A DNA stretch of 63,743 bases, counting the filler, from Octopus bimaculoides (taxonomy: Eukaryota): the NCBI RefSeq assembly GCF_001194135.2. It is 7 parts of 5 records of this genome, joined end to end, with 100 filler letters (N's around TTAATTAATTAA, not from the genome) between each part and the next. Parts side by side here need not be neighbours in the genome. Positions count along the whole stretch, not along the records: positions 21,401 to 52,398 come from NC_068984.1; 6 more parts are not named here. One strand, given 5' to 3'. Positions 23,895 through 37,684 of the stretch are shown in pieces. The stretch's first letter is position 1, and each line of letters starts with the position of its first letter. The position numbers and the translations under genes are program-made. The notes under the pieces were generated by a model, which was not told the origin of the DNA, did not search any database, and was given only the letters and a program-made list of their open reading frames with translations.

Positions 23895-25524
23895 AACAAC
23901 AAACAAGATGAGGCCAAATATCCGTCAAATGTAAATAATCTACATAAAATTCATTTTATATTATACACTAAAATAATTTTTTTTATATATGACAAATGCT
24001 GCGAAACAATCATCGTTAAATAAATATCAAATAAGTATATTCATCTTATACGTCTCTTTCTTTATATTCTATGGTCTTCTAATGAAGAGCAAAGCTACAG
24101 GAAACCAAAAGACGTTTGATCACAATAAGTAGTCTACTACCCTCCCTAGTCGTTACCACTCCCAAATGTAGGATTCCTACAGCCGTAAAATGCATTACAG
24201 ATCTATACCAATTGGAAGGTTGTGATCAATCTCAAATAAGCATTAGCAATTGTGTAATGTGAGGGCTAAAGGGAAATGAAAGTGTCACCTCTGGAGTTTG
24301 CCAATGATAACTCTGCCGATATGTAACTGAACAGAATAAATTTGCAATCTATAAATCTCTTTGAACGACCAATCACTTATCTGGAAAGGCCTTGACATTA
24401 ATGTTACCACTTGGGGACTATCTCTGATACAGTTATAATAAAAAAGACTCAAAGAAGGTCTGCAACCAAATAACTTTACGCAAAATAACATTTGCAACTG
24501 ATCAGTGGAAGCAAATATGCCTCTCCTTTACTTGACAACTTATGCACCACATTGCATATATGTCAAAGAAAACTCTTACACTGCTGTACCATTGAATTAC
24601 AAATAACGCTCATCTTGTATGCTCGAGTGACTCAACAGCTTCGAAGACTAGAATTGTATTCGTCTTGGCTTAGGAAAAATGACTAAATTGTCGTGGTTAA
24701 CCACCATTAAGGGATCTTGCTAACTCGCAAGAAATTGAAGTTTTCGGAATATTGCCTCATATGTATATAATATCTATGGTTAAAATGTTATCAACAGGGA
24801 AAATATATGAATCTAGTAGATTTTTAACCAATGAAACATTTAGCCTTTCATTTAATCCAGATTTTGTTATTCTAGTCATATATTCAGAGCATATATTGCT
24901 AGTTTCGTAGCTTTGGAACATTCGAATTTATTGCAATAAGGTCTGGTGGAAGACGAAACTCCTCTCAATTCCACCCCCACATATTTCACCTTTCCTTTCA
25001 TATACACAGTTTGTTGAGGGATTTTCCTCTCCCACGGCTTGGAATATCGGTCACAAATGGAAGAAAACATACTTCATAGAGATACATACATTCTCACCTC
25101 TTATTGCCAGAGCTACATACATGAGTATGCATATCTATATATAATTATGTTTATGTAACCATTCATCTTAAATGAACTTTCCGTATGTTGTACCTCATCG
25201 GTGCATTGTGTGAGATACCAATTATTTAACAGAAGAAATATTGAGTTCTTTTTTTTAAATATAGAACCTCTTTCGCTACACATTTATATTTACTAACACC
25301 AGGTATAAAGTTTCCAAAATCTATTCCAGTAAACGCATATACACGTCAACGCACAAACTCATATGTATTTATGTATATGGTATCTGATATGAGCGTGTGC
25401 GTTTGTGTGTGTGAGTCTTTTAATGTTGATTATATATGCAGGTTCCTATGTATATGTGTATGCGAATTTGCGAGCGTGAGCACATACATACATGCATGCA
25501 TGTATGCAAGTTTAAGCAAGATCC

Positions 25525-25745
25525 TGGTAAAGCTAATCTAAAGCAACTTGCCAATCTTTTCACCACTCGCCTCAAGCAAAGCAAAATCTATAAAAACTTG
25601 GCACAATGCAATAAACTATCAGCTGCATAGAAACAGAAATAGGGAAGACTAACAAATCATCGCCTTATAATCCTTCTCAACGCCATATACAAAATAGCGA
25701 CAAAGGCATTCACCGATGAACTGAAAGAAATCCAACCAGGAAAAA
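25525..25745 (+). mobile_element. Decayed LINE RT fragment
   Basis: Frame NHRLIILLNAIYKIATKAFTDELKEIQPG resembles the NYRPISLL..YKI RT motif. Confidence 0.5.
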
Positions 25746-26109
25746 AAAAAAAATAGAAAAGGATTTGGGGATAGTTTTTTTATATTATGGATTACGTATA
25801 GTCTTTGAATCTATTAAACAAATTTTCACAGAACGTTCTTTGACTTTGTAATTTTTCTTTTTTTTTTCTTTTGTGGTTTACAAAATCTTGCTCCATTTGA
25901 TATACATACCAATAGAGTTAATAGAACCAATATACGTTAACTTGTTACCATATATTTAATCATATATGGCACGATGCTGTCCCACCCGCAATATTTCTTC
26001 CTCAAAATTCCGTGTACCATAATGTTTATATGTTGCCAATATTTGGTTTGTGGAAGTAAATTCACAATCAAACAAGCTTGACAATAACTTGATATTGAAT
26101 ATTTACGAT

Positions 26110-26338
26110 ATATAGTAATCCGCCGACTATCGCATGTGTTACGTTCCAAAAACCCACACGATAGGTGAAAATCCACGAAGTAGAAACAGTTACTGTACTG
26201 TATTTTGTCTTATACTATCTTTATCATTTGTATACATTTATTTTATTATAAATGGAAAACAACACCGCAGAGGAATCAACGTAAGGTCAAATAATAAACC
26301 GCGATAGGTGAATCGAGATACGGCGAGGGATCAATGTA
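26110..26338. mobile_element. Tigger/pogo-like non-autonomous DNA transposon
   Basis: Ends TAGTAATCCGCCGACTATCGC and CGATAGGTGAATCGAGATACGGCGAGGGATCAATGTA form degenerate TA-flanked TIRs. Confidence 0.6.
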
Positions 26339-26394
26339 TATACAAATGTATCACCTATCTGACAGGGGAACAGTATTCATGTTCTATACATGCA

Positions 26395-26635
26395 TTTATT
26401 TTATTACTTTATTGCCCACAAGCGGCTAAACATAGAGGGGACAAACAAGGACATACAAAGGGATTAAGTCGATTACTTCGACCACAGTGCCTAAGTGGTA
26501 CTTGATGTATGGACCCCGAAAGGATGAAAGGCAAAGTCGACCTCGGCGGAATTTGATTTCAGAACGTAACGGCAGACGAAATACCGCTAAGCATTTCATC
26601 CGGCATGTTAACGTTTCTGCCAGCTCGCCGCTTTA
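26395..26635 (-). mobile_element. SINE family A, CpG-rich copy
   Basis: Highly similar to 1397-1629. Confidence 0.9.
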
Positions 26636-27260
26636 ATACACGCACCTATTCTTATCATACAAAATACCACGTGTATACTTCGTCTACCACTGGATTCGGA
26701 TAAGTTTCAAACTCTTCGAAAAACAGAATACAGAGATCAAGGCAGTATGAGCATTACAAGTGATGATCGTAAAATAAGGGACATTTTATTTTAAATTTAT
26801 ATGACCATAACCTATGGTTTGGTGATGCGAGTATCTGAAAATGCCACACGCACTGACGACCCTGCCCTACGCAGCTACGGACTCTCCTATGGCAAGACAT
26901 TGCACCTGTTCAATCATCCTGCCATGGATACAATGAAGTCATGGGACTGCAAAATGGTGGATTGGGAAGAGTTAGCGGAAGCGCTCAGCTAAGCCAACGG
27001 TTCTTACATCAATATTGAGCGGAAGAATCTTAGAAGATCAACGGCCGGGATCAAAAACCATTGTCAAGAGATTAACTTCAACACATCAATAGGGGTGGAG
27101 TTCATAGTTGTGTAATCAGAGAAACCAAAAAAAGAACATAGAATTTATAATTTATTTTACGCGTAGTGTCTGCGAGTTGTTTCCCCGACCACCCCTCTTC
27201 TTTCCTCTCCTTCTCTTCCTCACCACACCGCCGTCGCCTCCTCCTCCTCCTCATCCCCCT

Positions 27261-27272
27261 CTTCTTCTTCTT

Positions 27273-27360
<88 letters not shown>
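27261..27360. repeat. (CTT)n(TTA)n microsatellite at the 3' tail of an R4/Dong element
   Basis: Direct. Confidence 0.95.
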
Positions 27361-27376
27361 NNNNNNNNNNATTATT

Positions 27377-28630
27377 AAAGCCTCTCGAATAGTTCTTAAT
27401 TACCGGTTATTCTTTACTTGAAAGCAGGCAACAGCAAAACACCAAAGGTTTCAAGTAGTGCCTCTTTATCACAAGTTCTTTTGAACATCCAGGAGTCTTG
27501 CATGTGTATCGGGCTTACTACCTTCAGCCTACGGTACCATGCTTTTCGCTCTTTTCAGTTAATATTTTCCTGATTATTCTGGCCGTGTCAAGGAAGCAAA
27601 TATTTGTAACAATTCTATTGGACACTCTATTCCAATTTCCTTTATATCCCTTTTGATACCTTCTGATACTGTTCCCAAGGTCCCAACAATAATTAGCACT
27701 ATCTTCACCATTTTCATTTTCCGCAGCCGGGCTATTTCGAACTTAACGCTATTGTATCTATCTATTCTTTCGCTTTCCTTCTTGATTATTTGTGGGTCAA
27801 AGCGGCATGCAACATCAGCTATATAGCATATGTAGTGCATCTTGTCACCACCACTAGGTCCGTTATACTATGCTCTAGCACCTGATCTGTTTGGATTGGG
27901 AAATTCCAGAAGATTTTGCTAGTGTCCGACTCCGCCACGTCTTTGTGGTGTCTTCTCATACCACTCTATCTCCACTTTTTGCACAGTTTCCAATGTAGCA
28001 CTTTCGCTACCTGGTGGTGTCGCCACAACTTGCAGTGGTTTGGGGCAAATCAATGGCGTCTGTTCGTGATATGGGCAATGGTTTCATCCATTCCATTGCA
28101 GCGCGGTGGAGACACTTGCTCATTCTTAACGATAACCCTCCAGTTCATGGCTAAAACTTGGTCTTACGTTGCCACTGTTGTGTACTTGGTAGGTTTTTTT
28201 AGGCCTCCTTTTATCAGCCAATCCAACCAACTTTTGTTGTGGCTACATGGAATTGATTGTGTAATTCCTTCTTGCGTAATTCTGCTTCATGGCCTTTTTG
28301 TACTTCTTCCTTTGTTTTCCTTTTTTTCTCTATTCTCAATAATCCCTCGTTCCTGACTGTCACTAGCAAGGTTTCCTTACTTTGGGCTAGGTATCTCATT
28401 AAGTTCTCGATTTCGATACGCACGCAATCTTCCACACTTATCAGTCCCCTTCCTCCATTTGCTCTCTTGATATAGAGGCGATCAGTGTCTGCAAGTGGAT
28501 GATAGGCTCCATGCATCGTTAAGAGCTTTCTTGACTGCCCGTCAATCGCCTTTAGCTCCTCTTCTGTCCACTTGAGGATTCTAGCAGCATACCGTTCTCC
28601 TACGACTGCGCACGAATTTATTGCCGACAT
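27377..28630 (-). mobile_element. 5'-truncated R4/Dong-type (RLE) non-LTR retrotransposon
   Basis: AINSCAV...RKLLTMHGAYHPLADTDRLYIKRANGGRGLISVED; then a decayed zinc knuckle; then the RLE segment IADVACRFD...DRYNSVKFEIARL...IIVGTLGTV; then a 3' UTR. Confidence 0.92.
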
Positions 28631-28754
<124 letters not shown>

Positions 28755-29859
28755 TGCAGCAGCAGTAGCGAAGTTCTCATTGATCTTCCCATTCTTTGAA
28801 CAATACTATTGCCCACTGAATGTTTATAGTATCTAACTTATTCTTCATTCCAAGGATTTGCGATGTTTTCTGTTAAATCTATGGCAAATACTTGAGAAAT
28901 CTCACCCGTTTCTTTCACGAAACAATTTATGCTATAAAATTTAACACTTTCACAGTTAGATCGAATTGGCATATTTCATTCTAGATACGTTCTAGGACCT
29001 ACTAATCAGTGGGTCCGTGTTATTCTTCTTTTCGGCTCGGTGTTATAGAAATGCAAAATTATAAATATGCCAAATATACTTAAACATAGACTCATATGTA
29101 TATATGTGTGTATGATTTTATATATAGGTGTGTATATACGCATATATAAACCCACAAAGACGCACGTGAACACATACACACATGTATATATTAAGGAATA
29201 ACTCGAAATAAAACTGTTCTCAGAGTAGAATATTTCAGTAACACTTTGTGTGATAGCAGAATTTAAAGAAAAGAATATCTCGATGAATTACGTGGTTATG
29301 CCCACTAGAAAATTCTTCTTCAGTCGTTTTATAGAGAGAATCATTGCTTTCACTAAATGCATGCGATAGCGAGCTTTCTTTTACGACCAGCGTTCCCACC
29401 AGAGGCATATCTATCAACCACCAACAGAATTACATGATGAGGATGTACAATGTATACCCCTAACTCACTGATATCGCTTTTGAAGTTTTTTTCTCTGCGA
29501 TAAGATGAATCAAGATCAGTAGGAACAGGATTTACTTTTAGCAACAATTCCAGAAACAACTTAAGGATTTCTTCCATACTCCTTATTTGCTGAGCAACGT
29601 TGTAAAATCTCAAAACATATACTATAGCATCTTGATCACAATACAAGCCACATTATATAGCATACAATTCACATGTAATTATAAGACAATTAACTCAGTA
29701 GTTTTGAGCAATATAAATACTACACGAAAATCTATTGTGGGCTTCCGGGATAAAATTGAAATAGTTAACATTAAATGCCCCGCATTTTACATTATAATGA
29801 TACTAGTCAGAGTGTCGCCAAAACTTTCCTTTTAGGTTTAAAAACATCCTTAAATTGAA

Positions 29860-30150
29860 TATAGACGGAAACTGAAAGGAACTCGTTCTATATATATATA
29901 TATATGTATATATATTCACACACACATGCAAGTGTCTTTGTGTCAGTGTTTTCCCCTCTCCCTCGTTACCGTTTGTCAACCGGCGCTGGTGTGTTTACAT
30001 CTCCGTCACTTTTGCAATTCTGCAAAAGACAGATAGAATAATTATCAGGCTTAACAAATAAGTCCTGGTGTCGATTTGTTCGAATAAAACCCTTCAGGGC
30101 GGTGCTCCAACATAGCTGCAGTCAAAATGACTGACACAAGGAAAAGAATA
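29860..30150 (+). mobile_element. SINE family B, 3' half, decayed
   Basis: AGACGGAAACTGAAAG...GGTGCTCCAACATAGCTGCAGTCAAAATGACTGA. Confidence 0.75.
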
Positions 30151-30303
30151 ACGTATATATATATATGTGTGTGAGCATGTTCCTCGTACTTTCTTGTTGT
30201 ACACGTTTCATGACGTCCTATGCTCACATATGCATATGTATATATACGTATAGATGTATGTACATATACTTATGTACATATGCATATATATACATACATA
30301 CAT

Positions 30304-30342
<39 letters not shown>

Positions 30343-31856
30343 ATTATATAATTGAACGCCATGCATCCTCATCAAAGTAAGTTTTATCTTAATAATTCTC
30401 GCTCGTGCGCACACTTTACGTTCATTTTACGCTTTCGTTATTCTTTCTCTCATTCCTTTACCTCCCCTTCTCCCACAATTCTATCCTATAATTCTGTCAC
30501 TCACTCTCCTCACTTCTCCTCTCTTGCTCACATGGCTCCAAGGTGACCATAGGCCATCTTTCTTTCTTTCTCTCTTTTGTAGCTGGAACAAGGAACACTC
30601 TACGTGTTTGTCTCCTGTCCTAGCTTGATTGACACGTTCGCCACCACATCCTCGTTTTGGTTTAGCAGTTTGTTTTCACTGTCCTGTTTGTGCTACCTCT
30701 TTTGACCCTCCGCCAAATCCCGAATTTTATTGTATTTGCATTGCGGGAGCCACTGTTTTATATAAAGCGTATATTGTTGTCAAATGCTCGAAAAACGATA
30801 CTACAAAACAGCCAACAACTGTTAATTGGTAGTACGTTATGTTTGTTTTGTTTTCCATTTGTATCTTTCTTTGTTCGAAAGAATAGCTCATGTTCTATGT
30901 ACTCTTACTTCGTACTTTCTTGTTTCACAGGTTTCATGACGCTCTGTGTCCACATATGCATACATACGTAAAGATGTAAGTATGTACTAGTTATGTATAT
31001 ATGCATATATATATATATATATANNNNNNNNNNNNNNNNNNNNNNNNNNNNNNNNNNNNNNNNNNNNNNNNNNNNNNNNNNNNNNNNNNNNNNNNNNNNN
31101 NNNNNNNNNNNNNNNNNNNNNNNNNNNNNNNNNNNNNNNNNNNNNNNNNNNNNNNNNNNNNNNNNNNNNNNNNNNNNNNNNNNNNNNNNNNNNNNNNNNN
31201 NNNNNNNNNNNNNNNNNNNNNNNNNNNNNNNNNNNNNNNNNNNNNNNNNNNNNNNNNNNNNNNNNNNNNNNNNNNNNNNNNNNNNNNNNNNNNNNNNNNN
31301 NNNNNNNNNNNNNNNNNNNNNNNNNNNNNNNNNNNNNNNNNNNNNNNNNNNNNNNNNNNNNNNNNNNNNNNNNNNNNNNNNNNNNNNNNNNNNNNNNNNN
31401 NNNNNNNNNNNNNNNNNNNNNNNNNNNNNNNNNNNNNNNNNNNNNNNNNNNNNNNNNNNNNNNNNNNNNNNNNNNNNNNNNNNNNNNNNNNNNNNNNNNN
31501 NNNNNNNNNNNNNNNNNNNNNNNNNNNNNNNNNNNNNNNNNNNNNNNNNNNNNNNNNNNNNNNNNNNNNNNNNNNNNNNNNNNNNNNNNNNNNNNNNNNN
31601 NNNNNNNNNNNNNNNNNNNNNNNNNNNNNNNNNNNNNNNNNNNNNNNNNNNNNNNNNNNNNNNNNNNNNNNNNNNNNNNNNNNNNNNNNNNNNNNNNNNN
31701 NNNNNNNNNNNNNNNNNNNNNNNNNNNNNNNNNNNNNNNNNNNNNNNNNNNNNNNNNNNNNNNNNNNNNNNNNNNNNNNNNNNNNNNNNNNNNNNNNNNN
31801 NNNNNNNNNNNNNNAGAGAGAGAGAGAGAGAGAGAAAGAGACAGAGAGAGAGAGAG

Positions 31857-31892
<36 letters not shown>

Positions 31893-32289
31893 GCGCATGT
31901 GTGCGAGCGTGTGACTGAGAGTATGTATGTATGCATCTACGAGAGAGAGAGAGATAGAGATAGACAGTGAGTGAGAGAGAGGGAAGAAGTGATTCCGTGG
32001 AAAAGAGAGATAGTGTAAGGTAGAATAGATAAAAATAGCGTCAGAGCGACAGTCAGATAAATGTTCTAGCGAAACTAAGGAAATAAAAAGAAAATGGATT
32101 ACGCGTCAAAACCAGTTAAAGAATAACGTTCACTATTCTATTATTAGGGAAGTGTGCTAAACGATTATAGGTGAACAATCCGGCAAAGATAATTTTAAAG
32201 TGTGATCCACTAGTTTTGTAAGGTTAGTGCATGTGTGCTACATTTCTTTCTTGCAATCATCAAATAGTTTCATTCTTTGACAATAAAAG

Positions 32290-33170
32290 ATTGATGGTAC
32301 AAATTAGGCAGACGTATCATGGCGCGCACGTTGCTTTAAAACACACATCCCTTCCGATATATATGTATTGAAGTATTCACCCGCATAAACATGGTGTCAC
32401 TCTTCGCATCCCATTACTATGGAGAAGGAGTCATGTATTCCACTAGACCATGCTACCTTGACGCTTCTCTACAATCATTTTATTTATGAGTAACTGATCT
32501 TTGCATCCATACGAATTCTTTTTACAACCTTTTTGCGTACGTGGAAGGACAGTGTTCTGTACAAGGACAAAGTGTATTTTCTTTCAGTTAATATGGATGT
32601 GAGGATCTTGTAGGTGGTGTTGAGACATGTTATTGGTCAGTAATTCTTTGGATTTTTGTGTCTTTGGTTTTCGGTAGAAGGTATGTTGTTCCTTCTGTCA
32701 GCCAGGCAGGTATTTCCTCGTGGATCTGGATGACATCAGTTAGAGATGCAGCAAAATTTTGGTGTACTTCTGTCAGACAAGTTAGTCAGAAACTACGAAT
32801 TCTTTCCAGTCCTTGGGGTTTTCAATTTGTGAGACTTGCTAAGAACACATCTTAACTCTTCTTTTTTTATTGCCTCCCATTTCTGCTCTTCAACTTCATG
32901 CAGTCTTACTTTCTCACGTTCTATCCAGTGAGCTTAAGCATTATATTCTTTTTAGTTGCTTCGTTTCTTCTTCCAGAACTCTTCCATTTCCTAAGTCTTA
33001 GATAGGTCCTTTACTTCTAACATACTTTTGCCATTTTCCCTGTAAAATTTCTTTGCATCCGTCTTGAATATTTTATTTTGTCGATGAAATTTGATTCTTT
33101 TGTCATGCTTTCTATGCCGCTGGGCTTTTATTTGTATTCGTTGTTTCATTATTTCTTTGGTTGCAGGGAG
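32290..33170 (-). mobile_element. R4/Dong-type RT fragment, decayed
   Basis: IPAWLTEGTTYLLPKTKD...PITCLNTTYKILTSILTE...KGCKKNSYGCKDQLLINKMI, with stops and frameshifts. Confidence 0.8.
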
Positions 33171-33199
33171 GTGTAAACATCTTTGAAGGTTTCATATTA

Positions 33200-34020
33200 A
33201 ACCAAAGATTTTATATTAGCTGCACAATATGAAAGTTTGCTTTCCAAAGACTACCAGGCTAACGTTCTTCAAAACTGTTCTGACCCTAAATGCAAATTTT
33301 GCAATAAATTTAATGAAACACTTAATCATCTCATCTCGAGATGTGTTGTGTTGACACCAAACGAATATAAATATCACCAGAAATCATAGGACAATATTTA
33401 CATTGGAAAATATATAAACGCAAAAAAATCAGCACTTATGCTTACTGGTATGAGAAAGAACTTGAGCCAATCGTTGAACGTAAAAGCATCACTGTCCTCT
33501 GGGATTTTCCACTCAACACCAACAGAAACATCCAGGCTAATCGACCAGAGAAAGTAATTAAAGACAGAGAAGAAAATACTTGTAGACTCATCGATGTAAA
33601 TGTTCCTACTGATAAAATTATATCCGTAAAGGAATTTGACAAAGTAAATAAATATAAGGACATAGAAATTGAAATGCAAAAGATGTAGCATCTTAAATCG
33701 AGAAATGTTACTGTTATCGTAGGTGCCCTATGTAGAGTATAAAAGGGATGTCTGAAACATCTAGATAACATACCAGGAGAACCACGTCTCAGAGAAATCT
33801 AAAAGATTGAACTGACAAATACTCTACGCATCATTAGAAAATAAAAACCTTTTCCATTTAAATATCTGTGTTGTATTACATGAAGATATTTCACTACAGA
33901 CCCTGGCACTTCCCCGACTCCAGGTTTTCAGTCGTACCGTAACATCTCTTATCCTTCATTCGCCTTAGGTCTTTGGGTGTGTCTCGGCAAGTGATTGTAA
34001 CAAACATACAGATTAAGGTA
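33200..34020 (+). mobile_element. R4/Dong-type zinc knuckle, RLE and 3' UTR, decayed
   Basis: DPKCKFCNKFNETLNHLISRC; ITVLWDFPLNTNRNIQANRPE...LIDVNVPTD...KYKDIEIE...VIVGAL; followed by (TAG)n at 34040-34118. Confidence 0.85.
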
Positions 34021-34037
34021 AATAGTAGTAACAATAA

Positions 34038-34121
<84 letters not shown>

Positions 34122-34244
34122 AGAATAGAAAGTGCCAGATAATTGACTTTATACTCACAAATGATGAAACAATCTATCAGAGGTATCGAAACCATAACCT
34201 AGCCATATGAGAGGTATAGTACCAGGACCAAAACATTGAATTAC

Positions 34245-34580
34245 CCAGACTATGGACAGTGCGGGTAAAATGTATCGCAGTAGTTATAGATGCGTTAGAA
34301 ACTATCTTTACAGATCTGAACAGATGGATAGAGGAAATAGGCATAACACCCAGTTTAGTACAGCTNNNNNNNNNNTAGAAACTATCTTTACAGATCTGAA
34401 CAGATGGATAGAGGAAATAGGCATAACACCCAGTTTAGTACAGCTCCAGAAAACAATGTTATTAGGGACAGCTAGGATACTTAAGAGGGTTCATTCCTGT
34501 AATGTTACTTGTTATAGCCCTATCTTACGATTTTTAATTTTCCAACATTTGTCTAATGTGTTGCATGTATATGAAAATAA
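34245..34580 (+). mobile_element. R4/Dong-type 3' end
   Basis: WIEEIGITPSLVQLQKTMLLGTARILKRV, then (TAA)n at about 34577-34613. Confidence 0.7.
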
Positions 34581-35629
34581 TAATAACAGTACTAATAATA
34601 ATAATAATAATAATATCAACCTTATAATATAGGATGGTAGGGGTAGCGCTATATTTTAGAGTTTAAATGGTATATGAATTCTAATGCAACTCAGACTTTG
34701 ATTTATTAGATCTTATCTCAACACTTTCTGCCTGAGTATTGATATTTTTTGTGGTTGAGCATATTGATGGTCAATTATAAGTGGAATTTCAAAGTTACCT
34801 TGTGTTTATTTAATTGCCGGGTGGTGAATTTAATTTTCAATTTGAAACAATGATATTCAAGTTTAAACATATTAACAAAGCACAAAAACATGTTTTAGTA
34901 TACACATTATATTTGCCTCCATGATGGGTGCATACTTACTCCGGGAAGTGAGATATGAGCATCCACGAATAAATGTGTATATGTATATCAACATTCTATG
35001 TTATTTACAATGGCAATAGATCACTTTATAATACACCACCCTCTCTGTCCCTTTCTCTATTTCTCTCTCTACTCTTTTGCCTGAAAGACATTTTATACAA
35101 CCTAGCATAAAGGATACATGTTTTCGGTACAAAATGGATATGCATAATATAAATTGCCTTCCTGTCGACCATCTTAATGTTGAATGAGGGCAGTGTTTTT
35201 TTTATTGTTATGTTTCATAATTTTACCCTAGATCTCACATCTCAGCTGCTTCATAAATCAGATAGCACCAAGAGGGCCAAAACATTTTCCATCGAAAATA
35301 TGTTACTCTCACATCCCTGGTGAGATCGTATGTCTACAAAACTGATATATCTAGAAGAAATTTTGTTCTCAAGACCAATTTTTTTTTAAAGTACCTAGGT
35401 TTTGAGATGCATAATAATAACAAACACAGACACACACACACTCGCGTACACAGACACACACACATGCACACACACACACACACACATGTATAGGATAGAC
35501 ATCATAACAATGTAGACGTATATTTAGGTGTGTGTGAGAGTGTGTGTGAATGTGTGTGTGTGTGTTTGTGTGATAGTGTGTATGAGTGTGTCTGTGTGTA
35601 TGTGTCTGTGTGCATGTATGTATGTATGT

Positions 35630-35669
<40 letters not shown>

Positions 35670-37179
35670 CCCTTTATCGGTGATTTATAGAAACAAATGT
35701 ATGAACACGAAGAGAAAACATAACATATATAATGATGATGGTGATATATGTACGAACGCTTTATTGTAAGTTCCACCAAAGTGTTGTAGATCTCCAGTCG
35801 AAAACTTGGTAGTTACATTGATATAAATATATAGACCCATAACACGTCAGTGACAAAATATTTTGCAACAAGCTTTAACAAACGTACATGTAAACGAAGT
35901 GCTGGTTCCAGGTAGCATAATATATGTGAACAGCGGAATGTATGTGTTGTAAAAAAGAGATGTAAAGAGTTCCTTTAAATGTTATGATTTACAGAATGTA
36001 AATAATGTCCCTATATATCCTTTGTATAACAGTATTTCTGTTTGTAAAATGACTGGACAGTGAAAATCGTTATAACACCGATGTATTGTCAAATAAAATC
36101 TTATGTACCTTTTTCATTAGAAAACTGGCAAAAGCGTACTAAATTCCGTATTGGTCATGTTTATTGGTTTCCTAAAGGTATAAATAACGTGTTTATAGAA
36201 AAACACCTAAACTACCGTATGTTGCTTTTACAATATTTATATGAACAATCTGTTGCTCGGATAGTCCACCATTGAATTTCATTTGTATAGAAATTCTATC
36301 TGTCGAATGAGAATCGAATCTTAAGTAGATAGTTTAGCGATATCTATTTGAAACACAGTGTTTACAATGACAAAAATGCTATGAGGCAAACAATGCATTT
36401 TACTGGATGACTTTGTTACATGTAGTTTTGCTGAACATATAGTGGTATGAATTGTCAGTTCCTGAAAATGCTGTATCAACTGATTTATATAAATTTCCGT
36501 AGATTTTCAAATTCTGCGTGCAGTTCAGATTATTACTATAACTGAATATATGTTTTAGCCAGTACTAATACTTTTTAAATTTATATTGAGATAGTCAGCT
36601 AGATATATAGAGAGGGGAGAGAGAATGTAAACAGAGGGTGAGAGAGAGGGAGATATTAAATTATTGTGAACATTATTTCATTTACTTTTATTATATAGCT
36701 GTTGTTGAATATTTCTACTAAGTCATTCTTTTTCGAATGGGATTTTACATGTAAAGTATTGCTTATAACGAAATGAAAGAATACGGGAAGTGGTGTGTCA
36801 AAAGTGGAAAAGACAACCCATGGTATATATATACAATTGTCCATTAATTAGAATGATACATCTGTTAGATACAATTCTTCCGTTGCTACCGATTGTATCC
36901 ATATTTTACAGAAGAGGACTACGGCAACACAAAATTCGTATCTCATAAAGTGACAATATCGATCTTGTGGAAGTTACAACTTGTGACTCTCACATCTGCT
37001 TCAAACCATGGAGATCTGCAACAAGACTGAAAGGTCACTTTAGAGGTCACGGACGGAAAGCCACAAATCGTATTGACAAAGAGAAAACACAGAGAGTTAG
37101 CAACCCAGTGTGAAAGTGGAACAATGTCTCGTATTGACGTGTGTATGTGTGCGCACAAGTGTGTATGTGTTATTTCTTT

Positions 37180-37400
37180 ACTACTCACAAGGGGCTACAC
37201 ACAGAGGGGACAAACAATGACAGACAAACGGATTAAGTCGATTATGTTGACCCCAGTGTGTAACTGGTACTTATTTAATCGACCCCGAAAGGATGAAAGG
37301 CAAAGTCAACCTCGGCGGAATTTGAACTCAGAACGTAGCGGCAGACGAAATACCGCCAAGCATTTCGCCCGGCGTGCTAACGTTTCTGTCAGCTCGCAGC
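37180..37400 (-). mobile_element. SINE family A
   Basis: Highly similar to 1397-1629. Confidence 0.9.
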
Positions 37401-37684
37401 CTTATGTGTGTATGTGTGCATGCGTGTATGTGTGTTGGTGTGTTCGTTTGGGCGTGCATGTNNNNNNNNNNNNNNNNNNNNNNNNNNNNNNNNNNNNNNN
37501 NNNNNNNNNNNNNNNNNNNNNNNNNNNNNNNNNNNNNNNNNNNNNNNNNNNNNNNNNNNNNNTGTGTGATGCATCTGTGTGTGTAAGTGTGTTCGTTTGG
37601 GCGTGCATGTTTGTGTGTATGTGTGCATGGGTGTATGTTTATTGGTGCGTGCATGAGTGCGTGATGTGTGTGTATGTGTGCTTG

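Noticed and set aside
34306-34445. Exact ~65-bp tandem duplication, and similar ones at 2628/2777 and 53000-53340
   Set aside because: Each straddles a short N gap, which is typical of unmerged overlapping contig ends.
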